From: an uncultured bacterium
GTDB lineage: Bacteria; Hydrothermota; UBA3072
DNA length: 56,339 nt
Reading direction: 5' to 3'
Assembly: GCA_964523975.1 (NCBI GenBank)
Contig: CAZGBM010000003.1
Location: 1 to 56,339, forward strand
Part shown: positions 38,833 through 47,146 of the stretch, piece by piece
How positions within the stretch are numbered: position 1 is the stretch's first letter
Layout: each line of letters begins with the position of its first letter
Notes under the pieces: generated by a model
Database searches by the model: none
Told to the model about the DNA's origin: nothing
Seen by the model: the letters and a program-made list of their open reading frames with translations, nothing else
Program-made: the position numbers and the translations under genes

Positions 38833-40077
38833 TCATAATTTTTTAATCTTCCATTCCCCTTCAGCATGGACAATTCCTCTTTCCAGCAAATTGCCGGAAA
38901 CCTTAAAAGCCCGTTTAGGTAAGATTCTTTCATAAGTTTCACCTGTAGCACTATTCCGGATAGAAACCATAGGTATATAAGCTCCCGGCATAAGATGGTG
39001 TTTTTTATATTGCACAACAATCCGGTATCTTCCCTTATTCAGGTTTCTAAAATTTACCTTATCATTGTCATTGCTTACAGTCCAAATACAAGGTCTCTTT
39101 TGCTCATCAAGAATTCCCATGGAAAAATGTAATTCTTCAACATCTTTTTCTAATTTAAAATCACAGAATTGATTCAACGGCTCATTCATGTCAATAGAAT
39201 AGGTCTTTTCTCCATTATCATTGAGTATTCCCGAATCTATATACTCAATTTCCCCTGAGGAAATTCTGGCTTCTATACCTTTTGCGTTTTCTTTTTTCAT
39301 TGATTCTAATCTTAAATTTCTCGCCAGCTCATGATATTTCACTATTCCCGTAAAAGTATCTCCAAAATAAACTGGTTTGCCATGAGAAAGAATCATCACT
39401 TTAGAACAGATATTGCGAACTTGCCCCAGGTTGTGCCCGACAAAGACAACACCTTTTGCTCTCTTTCTTAAGTCTGCAAGATACCTGAAGCATTTATTCT
39501 GAAAACTTAAATCTCCTACTGCAAGTACCTCGTCAATTAGCAAAATTTCTGGTTCACAATGAATTGCAACAGCAAAGCCCAATCTGACAAACATTCCACT
39601 TGAATAATACTTTACAGGTGCATCCAGAAAATCTCCAATGGCGGCAAATTCTACTATGGAATTCATTTTCCTATCTACTTCTTTCTTTGTCATTCCCAGT
39701 ATTGCGGCATCGAGGTAAACATTTTCTCTTCCTGTAAGTAATGGATGAAAGCCTGCTCCTATTTGTATCAATGCTCCTACTTTTCCCTTAACAGTAATTT
39801 TTCCTTTGTCAGGCCAAAAAATACCGTTTAGAAGTTTAAGCAAGGTCGTTTTCCCGGCACCATTAGGACCTATGATACCCAATGTCTCTCCCTTTTTGAC
39901 TTCGAAAGAAACGTCATCTACCGCCCAGAATTCGCCTTTTCTAAGTAAATGAGAATGCGAGCTCATACCAAAAGCATTTTTCGTAATATCTTTAATACCA
40001 TAAAGCATAGACCTTCTTAAAGACTTGCAGTATTTTTTCGAAACATTTTCGACTTTGATTGCAATTTCATTATTCAT
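38833..40077 (-). CDS. wzt: Polysaccharide ABC transporter ATPase with C-terminal Wzt_C domain
   Basis: GPNGAGKTT, YSSGMFVRLGF, LLIDEVLAVGD; about 170 aa C-terminal extension. Confidence 0.93.
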   Translation of the reverse strand: MNNEIAIKVENVSKKYCKSLRRSMLYGIKDITKNAFGMSSHSHLLRKGEFWAVDDVSFEVKKGETLGIIGPNGAGKTTLLKLLNGIFWPDKGKITVKGKVGALIQIGAGFHPLLTGRENVYLDAAILGMTKKEVDRKMNSIVEFAAIGDFLDAPVKYYSSGMFVRLGFAVAIHCEPEILLIDEVLAVGDLSFQNKCFRYLADLRKRAKGVVFVGHNLGQVRNICSKVMILSHGKPVYFGDTFTGIVKYHELARNLRLESMKKENAKGIEARISSGEIEYIDSGILNDNGEKTYSIDMNEPLNQFCDFKLEKDVEELHFSMGILDEQKRPCIWTVSNDNDKVNFRNLNKGRYRIVVQYKKHHLMPGAYIPMVSIRNSATGETYERILPKRAFKVSGNLLERGIVHAEGEWKIKKL

Positions 40078-40081
40078 ATTT

Positions 40082-40515
40082 AACCACAGATTCCACAGAT
40101 TTTCACAAGATTTTTCTTTTTATTTCTAAACTTTTCGTGCCAAAATTGAGCAGCAAACCAATACGCATTCTAGTCGCTTTAAGATAATTCAGCAATTGAG
40201 CTTCATCAATCTCAGTTAAAGCCTGCGTTGCCTTTACTTCAACAATAATTTTATCCTCTATTAAAATATCAGGTATGTATTTCCTATGAATAATTAGATC
40301 TTTATAGTAAACATCAATATCTTTCTGTCTTTCGAAAGAAATATTTCTTAATTTCAACTCATGATATAAGGCCTCCTGATATACATATTCCAAAAAACCA
40401 CAACCCAATTCTCGGTGAACTTCTATTGCTGCCCCTATTATTTTCTCTGTTAAATCCCTATATAACCAATTAATATTATTTTTTTTCTGTGTTAATCTCG
40501 TGTAATCTCGTGGTT
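40082..40515. mobile_element. Putative cassette: GxxExxY gene bounded by inverted tandem-repeat arms
   Basis: Left arm aaccacagattccacagattttcacaaga (40082-40110), right arm tctgtgttaatctcgtgtaatctcgtggtt (40486-40515); interrupts wzm-wzt adjacency. Mobility is inferred, not shown. Confidence 0.55.
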
Positions 40516-40519
40516 CCAT
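40103..40519 (-). CDS. GxxExxY protein (PD-(D/E)XK nuclease superfamily)
   Basis: GFLEYVY motif, PDILIEDKIIVEVKA, AQLLNYLKAT, GLLLNFG; ATG at 40519. Confidence 0.93.
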   Translation of the reverse strand: MEPRDYTRLTQKKNNINWLYRDLTEKIIGAAIEVHRELGCGFLEYVYQEALYHELKLRNISFERQKDIDVYYKDLIIHRKYIPDILIEDKIIVEVKATQALTEIDEAQLLNYLKATRMRIGLLLNFGTKSLEIKRKIL

Positions 40520-40521
40520 TT

Positions 40522-41364
40522 TTATATCCTCTCCGTTATTCTTGTTTCCGTAAGATGAAAAATTATTAAGCCCACAAGAAAAACAAGAATAGAAGTTGTA
40601 ACCGATAACAGATAACCTTTCCATTCTACCATTGTACCTTTTAATATAAGTTCTCTGGGCATCGAGATCAAATAATATAGAGGATTAAAATTTGTAATGG
40701 GCATAAGTATACCTGTTTTAGGCTTAGCATATAGCACGGGTGTCAAAAACATTACGAAAGTCATAAGAACAGATAAAGCGTTACCTATATCTCTTACTAC
40801 GCTGTTGAAAAGAGAAAAGATAAAACCAAAACCAAGAGTCAATAAAAATATAGGTACCATAAAGATCGGAAGAAATAATATTTTTATGTTTGGACTTACG
40901 TTGTAAACAAAAAACAACACAATTACCAAGATAATTTGTACTATAAAAGCTATCAGCGACTGAGCAGCAGAGGCAAACACAAGCGATTTTTTAGAAAAAT
41001 TTATTTTTACAAGCATGGAACCAGCGTTAACCAGAGAATTTGAAGTGGCAATTAATCCGGTCGAAAACAATTGCCAGAAAGCCATTCCAAGTATCGCGTA
41101 AATCGGATAGGGAACCTCTATATCCCCGAATTTAAAAATACCTGAACGATTGAGAATTATAAATGTTCCCACACTTATTATCGGTATAATAAAAGCCCAG
41201 AGAATACCAATTAATGACTGCTTGTATATTGTTAAAAAATCTCTCTTAAATAGTTGAGAAATAAGCCATTTGTTTTCTCTTAACTCCTGGACAATTTCCT
41301 TCCCTAAAGAGAGGTACCCTTTTTTTATCGAATTGTCCGGTTCATAGGTCTTTAATTCGTTCAT
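40522..41364 (-). CDS. wzm: Polysaccharide ABC transporter permease
   Basis: RDFLTIYKQSLIGILW, MFLTPVLY, NPLYYLI. Confidence 0.92.
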   Translation of the reverse strand: MNELKTYEPDNSIKKGYLSLGKEIVQELRENKWLISQLFKRDFLTIYKQSLIGILWAFIIPIISVGTFIILNRSGIFKFGDIEVPYPIYAILGMAFWQLFSTGLIATSNSLVNAGSMLVKINFSKKSLVFASAAQSLIAFIVQIILVIVLFFVYNVSPNIKILFLPIFMVPIFLLTLGFGFIFSLFNSVVRDIGNALSVLMTFVMFLTPVLYAKPKTGILMPITNFNPLYYLISMPRELILKGTMVEWKGYLLSVTTSILVFLVGLIIFHLTETRITERI

Positions 41365-41375
41365 TTCTTAAGCTT

Positions 41376-41404
41376 AATATAAAAATAGAAGATTCAACTG
41401 TCAA
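41376..41404 (-). promoter_or_regulatory. Putative sigma70-type promoter of wzm-GxxExxY-wzt-GT operon
   Basis: TTGACA-17 nt-TATATT, 11 nt before the ATG. Confidence 0.7.
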
Positions 41405-41450
41405 GTGTAGCTGGAACTAGAATCAAATTGTCCAACCTGTAAAACGACCT

Positions 41451-42626
41451 TTAATTTTCAACTATATTCAAAATTTCTGCCGCAACGTTCTTCCATGAAA
41501 ATCTTTCTTCTGCTAATTTTCTCCCTTTTCTACCCATCTTACTTCTTAAAGCCTTATTTTCAATGAGTTTTATTATTGCCTTTGATAAATCTTGGGGATC
41601 ATCCGGCGACACAAGAATTCCAATGTCTTTTTCCTCTACGAATTCTAGCCCCGATATTTTTGTAGTTACAATAGGTACTCCGCAAGCAGCATAATCTCTG
41701 ACTTTCAGTGGAGAGTAGCCAATCGTTATATTAGGCCGTTTCGGAGCAACTCCTACATCAAATGCGTTGATATAATTGTTTGTCAACACATATTTAACTA
41801 TACCGGTAAGTATAACTTCTTTATTTTTAAAATCAGCAACTTTTTTTCTTATTTTTATCATTTCCGGGCCATCACCGACAAGTATAAAACGGACATTTTT
41901 TTTTCTTCTTAAAACCTCAGGAATCGAAATGAGCAGATTGTCTAACCCCTGCCAGACCGAAAAAATACCGATAAATCCGACGTATAAAAGATTAGGGTCA
42001 AGACCAATTTTCTTTTTCGCTTCTCTTTTATCCATTGGGATAAAATGATTTATATCTGTTCCGTTGCCAATTACGACAATCTTACTGCAATCTGCTCCGA
42101 GCGAATACAGCTTATCTTTAATACCAGAAGTCACCACTCTAACATAATCTGCAAAAATGATGCTTTTTAATTGAAGAAAGTCGATTAATTTAACTTTTAA
42201 TTTTCTTTCACCCTGTATTGCTCTTTCTTCGGAAACCCAATCATTAAATTCAAGGATTATTTTGAAATTAAAAGAAAAAATTTTTAATAAATTTAAGATC
42301 AACAAGTAGAGGAAAGCAGGTGGCGAAAACCTGAAGTACACTATAGTAGGTTTGAACCTTAGAAAAATTCTCAAAATTACTGGTACTAAAATAAGATATT
42401 TAAATACTCGAAAGAGCAGATTACCTCTAAGTGGATTAGGTGTAAATGCTATCTCAACATTTTTGATGCCAGTATCGGTAGCTTTTGTTTCCGCTGAATA
42501 AATAATACACGAAACCTTATGTCCTAAATTAGAAAACTCTTTAGCTAAATTGGAAAAATGAACTTTAGGAGCATTGTCCATTGAAAAATCTACAGGGCCA
42601 ACCATTAAAATGCGTTTTTCTATCAT
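41451..42626 (-). CDS. GT4 family glycosyltransferase
   Basis: VGFIGIFSVWQG, SPLKVRDYAACGVPIV. Confidence 0.9.
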   Translation of the reverse strand: MIEKRILMVGPVDFSMDNAPKVHFSNLAKEFSNLGHKVSCIIYSAETKATDTGIKNVEIAFTPNPLRGNLLFRVFKYLILVPVILRIFLRFKPTIVYFRFSPPAFLYLLILNLLKIFSFNFKIILEFNDWVSEERAIQGERKLKVKLIDFLQLKSIIFADYVRVVTSGIKDKLYSLGADCSKIVVIGNGTDINHFIPMDKREAKKKIGLDPNLLYVGFIGIFSVWQGLDNLLISIPEVLRRKKNVRFILVGDGPEMIKIRKKVADFKNKEVILTGIVKYVLTNNYINAFDVGVAPKRPNITIGYSPLKVRDYAACGVPIVTTKISGLEFVEEKDIGILVSPDDPQDLSKAIIKLIENKALRSKMGRKGRKLAEERFSWKNVAAEILNIVEN

Positions 42627-42893
42627 ATTAAAATCTTATTAAATCATAAACTATTGTATTGAATTTCTTCATTTCGCTGTTAGCATTTAAAACTTTAGCT
42701 GCTTCCATAGAAGCTTTTTCTTTTCCATAATATCTTTTAAAACTAAATAATTTATCATCTCTACTATATTTTTAGATCTTCAACTTTAAACGAATACGCG
42801 ATTTCGTTTTTCTTTAACTCTAAAGTGGTCATATTATACTTTCCTTTCAAAGCATAAATTTGTCTTCGTACCTTTGGATTTTTTCTTAGATTG

Positions 42894-43850
42894 CTAAATA
42901 ATATTACGCAAACCCTTAAACCACTCAACTGTCCTTCTTATACCTTCTGCAAATTTATATTCAGGTTCATAACCGATTTTATTTCTTGCTTTGCCGATAT
43001 CAGCCAATGAATGTTTCACCTCTCCGATTCTACCTTCTTTGAAGATAGGTGTTATATTTTTATTTAAAATCTTGTTTAGTATTCGAACTAACTCTTTAAG
43101 AGATACCCTTTCTCCGCAGGCTATATTAAAAACTTCACCTGATATATCAGATTTAGCCGCAAGGATATTAGCTTCAACTACATTTTCTACATAAGTAAAA
43201 TCTCGAGACTGCTCGCCATCTCCAAAAATTACAGGTTGTTTATCCTCTAGCATCAGGTTTATAAACCTGGGAATCGCTGCCGAATACTCCGAATTTGGGT
43301 CCTGATAAGGGCCAAAAACATTGAAATACCTTAAACATATCGTAGGCAAATTATAGATTTCGGAAAAAATCCGGCAATATCTTTCACCGGCGTATTTTGA
43401 AAGGGCATAAGGTGAAATAGGCTCAACCGGCATATCTTCTTTCTTGGGCAGCTTTTCATTAAGCCCATAAATAGAAGAAGAACTTGCATATATCACCTTT
43501 TTTACTCCCTCTTCTTTTGCGGCTACCAATAGATTTAGAGTGCCGTTAGTGTTTGAATCGTTAACGAAAACGGGATTCTCGATTGAGCGTTGCACTGAAG
43601 GAACGGCAGCTTCATGCATAACAATATCCACATTTTTGAGTGCTTTCTTTATCTCATTTAGATTTCTCAAATCACCTTCTATTAATTCAAAATTATCATT
43701 TTCCTTAAAATCCTTCAAGTTTTTCGGTTTACCGGTTGAAAAATTGTCGAAACCGCGAACATCGCAATTGTCTTTCAACAGTCTCCGTATTATATTAGAG
43801 CCTATAAATCCCGCTGCACCTGTGACAAGATATCTCATATCATTTTCCAA
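42894..43850 (-). CDS. NAD-dependent epimerase (WbpP/GalE-like UDP-hexose 4-epimerase)
   Basis: TGAAGFIGS, YASSSSIYG, YALSK (YxxxK), RYFNVFGP. Confidence 0.92.
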   Translation of the reverse strand: MENDMRYLVTGAAGFIGSNIIRRLLKDNCDVRGFDNFSTGKPKNLKDFKENDNFELIEGDLRNLNEIKKALKNVDIVMHEAAVPSVQRSIENPVFVNDSNTNGTLNLLVAAKEEGVKKVIYASSSSIYGLNEKLPKKEDMPVEPISPYALSKYAGERYCRIFSEIYNLPTICLRYFNVFGPYQDPNSEYSAAIPRFINLMLEDKQPVIFGDGEQSRDFTYVENVVEANILAAKSDISGEVFNIACGERVSLKELVRILNKILNKNITPIFKEGRIGEVKHSLADIGKARNKIGYEPEYKFAEGIRRTVEWFKGLRNII

Positions 43851-43887
43851 TAAAGGGTATGCGTAATCTCATCTTTCTTCATAATAT

Positions 43888-45054
43888 TTACGAATTTGCA
43901 ATCTTATTTCCAAAGAAAGTTTTTATCGAATCACACACATATTCAATCTCTTCTTCTGTTAATTCGGGAAAAATCGGTAATGAAAGAACCTCATCGGCAG
44001 CCTCTTCGGAAAGCGGGAGATCGCCTTTCTTATAACCAAGAGAAATAAAACATTCCTGCAAATGTAAAGGTAAAGGATAATATATCTTGCTCCCAATGCC
44101 TTTTTCCGACAGAAAGTTCATCAATTCCTCTCTTTTATTATTCTTGACACGAATTGTGTACTGATGAAAGATATGCGTGCATTCTCCCGCAGCATAAGGA
44201 CAGTCTATTTCGTCGATATCTTTCAATATATCAGAATAAAGCGCCGCGTTTTCTTTCCTCTTCTTATTCCAATCATCAAGGTATGGCAATTGTGCGAGAA
44301 GAATAGCTGCCTGAAGCGTATCTAATCTGCTGTTATACCCTACTGATAAATGATGATAGTCTTTTTCGGAGCCATGGATCCTCATTTTTTTTAACTCAAC
44401 TGCAAGCTCTTCCCTTGCGGTAGTGATAATTCCTCCGTCTCCGTAAGCTCCTAAATTTTTAGTCGGGAAAAAAGAAAAACAGCCGAGTGCTCCTATAGAA
44501 CCCGCTTTTTTATCTTTATATTCCGCTCCGATAGCCTGACATGCATCCTCAATTACATTTAAGTTGTATTCTTTTGCAATCTCGACAATTGAATCCATAT
44601 CAGCCATCTGTCCGTATAAATGTATGGGTATTATCGCCTTTACCTTCGATAAATTGACCCGTAGTCTGGCAATATGAAATGTTTTTCCCTCTAATAATTC
44701 TTTTATTTTTTCGGGATCTATGTTAAATGTATCCGGCTTAATATCGACGAAAATCGGCGTAGCTCCAACATTATGAATAGCTCCTGCCGTCGAAAAGAAA
44801 GTAAAAGGAGTGGTTATTACAAAATCTCCTATTCCAACTCCTAAATTTCTTAAACTCAGCAAAAGCGCGTCAGTCCCGGAAGCAACAGCAATCGCATACT
44901 CTGTATTGCAATAGTCGGAGATTTCTGATTCTAACTGTCTTACCTCTTCTCCGAGAATGAAATGCTGAGAATTTAAAACATTTTCGATAGCTTTATCGAT
45001 TTCTCCTTTTATCAAATCATAGCGGCGTTTCAAATCTAACAAAGGGACTTCCAC
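43888..45054 (-). CDS. DegT/DnrJ/EryC1/StrS aminotransferase (WbpE-like)
   Basis: ASGTDAL, IEDACQAIG, SFFPTKNLGAYGDGG, NSRLDTLQAA. Confidence 0.94.
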   Translation of the reverse strand: MEVPLLDLKRRYDLIKGEIDKAIENVLNSQHFILGEEVRQLESEISDYCNTEYAIAVASGTDALLLSLRNLGVGIGDFVITTPFTFFSTAGAIHNVGATPIFVDIKPDTFNIDPEKIKELLEGKTFHIARLRVNLSKVKAIIPIHLYGQMADMDSIVEIAKEYNLNVIEDACQAIGAEYKDKKAGSIGALGCFSFFPTKNLGAYGDGGIITTAREELAVELKKMRIHGSEKDYHHLSVGYNSRLDTLQAAILLAQLPYLDDWNKKRKENAALYSDILKDIDEIDCPYAAGECTHIFHQYTIRVKNNKREELMNFLSEKGIGSKIYYPLPLHLQECFISLGYKKGDLPLSEEAADEVLSLPIFPELTEEEIEYVCDSIKTFFGNKIANS

Positions 45055-45065
45055 TAATTCCTCCT

Positions 45066-46049
45066 TTACAATACAGTTTTATACCATTCGAAAAATCTTT
45101 TGATCCCTTCTTTTATAGGGACTTTCGGATTGTAACCTAACAGTTTTTTTGCCTTACCTATATCTGCGTAAGTTGTGGGTACATCACCTGGTTGCATATC
45201 AAGCTGTTTTATCGAGACTTTTTTGCCCGTAACCTTTTCTAAAACTCCTATAAGTTCTTTTAAGCTTATGGTTCTTCCGCTTCCGATATTAATTATTTCA
45301 AAATCCATTGGAGTCTCAACGGCAGATAAAACACAATCAACGCAATCACTTATATAAGTGTAATCACGTAGTGAGCTACCGTCACCAAACATCGGTATTG
45401 GAGTTTCCTTCATTATAAAATCTGTAAATTTTCTTATAGCCATATCCGGACGCTGTCTTTCGCCGTAAACCGTGAAAAATCTTAAAATAGTAACAGGTAT
45501 CCCATATAGATTGTTATATGTTTTGCAAAATATTTCGGCAGCCCTTTTAGCTGTCGCGTACGGGGAAATTTGAAGTTCGACAGAATCTTCTTCCGAGAAG
45601 GGCGTTTTTTCATTTAATCCATAAACCGAGGAGGAAGAAGCGAATATAAACTGTCCCACTTTATATTTTTTTGCCATTTCAAGTAGATTAACAGTTCCTT
45701 TAACATCCACGTCCACATAAATACTTGGATTCGCAATAGATGAGCGCACCCCAGCTATGGCGGCAAGGTGGACCACTTTGGTGGGTCTTGGGTATGGGGT
45801 TCCGGAAAAAATATCATTGAGAAGCGGAATGTTTAAAATGTCACCCCGAATTAGTTTAAAATTAGGATTTTTAATAACACCTGAAAGGTTGTTTTCTTTT
45901 AACTTGGGATCATAGTAATCGTTAAAATTATCAAGACATAAAACGAAATACTCTTCCTTGATTAACTTCTCAACAAGATGAGAGCCAATGAAACCTGCAC
46001 CTCCTGTAACTAAAATAGTTTTTCCCTTCATTTTAAATTTCCTTTCCAC
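45066..46049 (-). CDS. NAD-dependent epimerase/dehydratase (UDP-glucuronate 4-epimerase-like)
   Basis: TGGAGFIGS, HLAAIAGVR, YATAK, RFFTVYGERQRPDMA; likely start at 46031. Confidence 0.92.
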   Translation of the reverse strand: MERKFKMKGKTILVTGGAGFIGSHLVEKLIKEEYFVLCLDNFNDYYDPKLKENNLSGVIKNPNFKLIRGDILNIPLLNDIFSGTPYPRPTKVVHLAAIAGVRSSIANPSIYVDVDVKGTVNLLEMAKKYKVGQFIFASSSSVYGLNEKTPFSEEDSVELQISPYATAKRAAEIFCKTYNNLYGIPVTILRFFTVYGERQRPDMAIRKFTDFIMKETPIPMFGDGSSLRDYTYISDCVDCVLSAVETPMDFEIINIGSGRTISLKELIGVLEKVTGKKVSIKQLDMQPGDVPTTYADIGKAKKLLGYNPKVPIKEGIKRFFEWYKTVL

Positions 46050-47146
46050 AGACTTTCAATTTTATCCACGGTCTTATCTATAGAGAATTTTTCTTTAACT
46101 CTCTTAAAGCCTGCTTCCCCAAAATCTTTTCTCATTTTTTCATCTCCGAGGAGTTCTTTAATCTTCTCTGCTAATTCATAAGGATTTCCGGGTTCTACAA
46201 GAAGACCTGTTTTCCCATCTAATATAACTTCTTTATTGCCTTCTACATTCGTTGCAACTACTGGAATGCCACAAGCCATAGCTTCCAAAACAGAAACTGG
46301 TAAACCTTCATACAGAGAAGGAAGGACAAAAACATCAATTACCTGAAGAATCTCTGACACATCTTCTCTTTCTCCTAAGAAAAGAGCATTTATTTCTTCT
46401 CTTTCGGCCATCAGTCTCAATTTTTTTTCGTCTTTCCCTGTCCCGACAATAAGTAATTGAAAACAAATTTCTTTCTGTAGGCTCTTGATTGCTTCGAGTA
46501 AAATTTTCACTCCTTTTTTAGGTTCGTGAAGCCGACAAACCGTGCCGACTATTTTTAAATTGCTGTTTAAACCTAATTCCCGTAGTTTTTTTTCTCTATT
46601 TATTTTAATAGAGAAAGAATCTACGTCGATACTATTTGGTATTGTGACAACTTTTTCTCTTTTAATTCCTATATCATGAATTAAAAATCGGGTAACGGCA
46701 TTTGAACAAGAATAAATTACTGTGCTGAATTTTGCCGTAATCCTTTCAAGAAAAATTTCAAGCGAATTCATCCATTGCGAGATATCTTGAACAGAAGAAA
46801 TATTTGGTATGCCGAGAAAAAAACCAAAAATACGAGTTGGGATGTAGGCTCGATAAAGAAAAGCAATTATTAAATCCGGGGGTGCATTTCTTAAATAAAG
46901 AAAATATCTCCATAGAACCCGAAAATCAAATCTCCCTTTGCCATGCAGAGCTATACAGTCAATTCCTTTATTTCTCAATTTATCGGAGACAGGCCCCCAA
47001 CCTTTAAAAGCGAGAACTCGTACCTTATAACCACGTGATTTCAGCCTGGGGGCGATGAGCGCAATCATGCTTTCGCCCCCCCCGAGCGTAAAACCAACCG
47101 TAACAAAAAGAATATCTTTAACCGGTTTTTTCAAAAATCTTCCCAA
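46028..47146 (-). CDS. GT4 family glycosyltransferase
   Basis: YEGLPVSVLEAMACGIPVVAT. Confidence 0.92.
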   Translation of the reverse strand: MGRFLKKPVKDILFVTVGFTLGGGESMIALIAPRLKSRGYKVRVLAFKGWGPVSDKLRNKGIDCIALHGKGRFDFRVLWRYFLYLRNAPPDLIIAFLYRAYIPTRIFGFFLGIPNISSVQDISQWMNSLEIFLERITAKFSTVIYSCSNAVTRFLIHDIGIKREKVVTIPNSIDVDSFSIKINREKKLRELGLNSNLKIVGTVCRLHEPKKGVKILLEAIKSLQKEICFQLLIVGTGKDEKKLRLMAEREEINALFLGEREDVSEILQVIDVFVLPSLYEGLPVSVLEAMACGIPVVATNVEGNKEVILDGKTGLLVEPGNPYELAEKIKELLGDEKMRKDFGEAGFKRVKEKFSIDKTVDKIESLWKGNLK

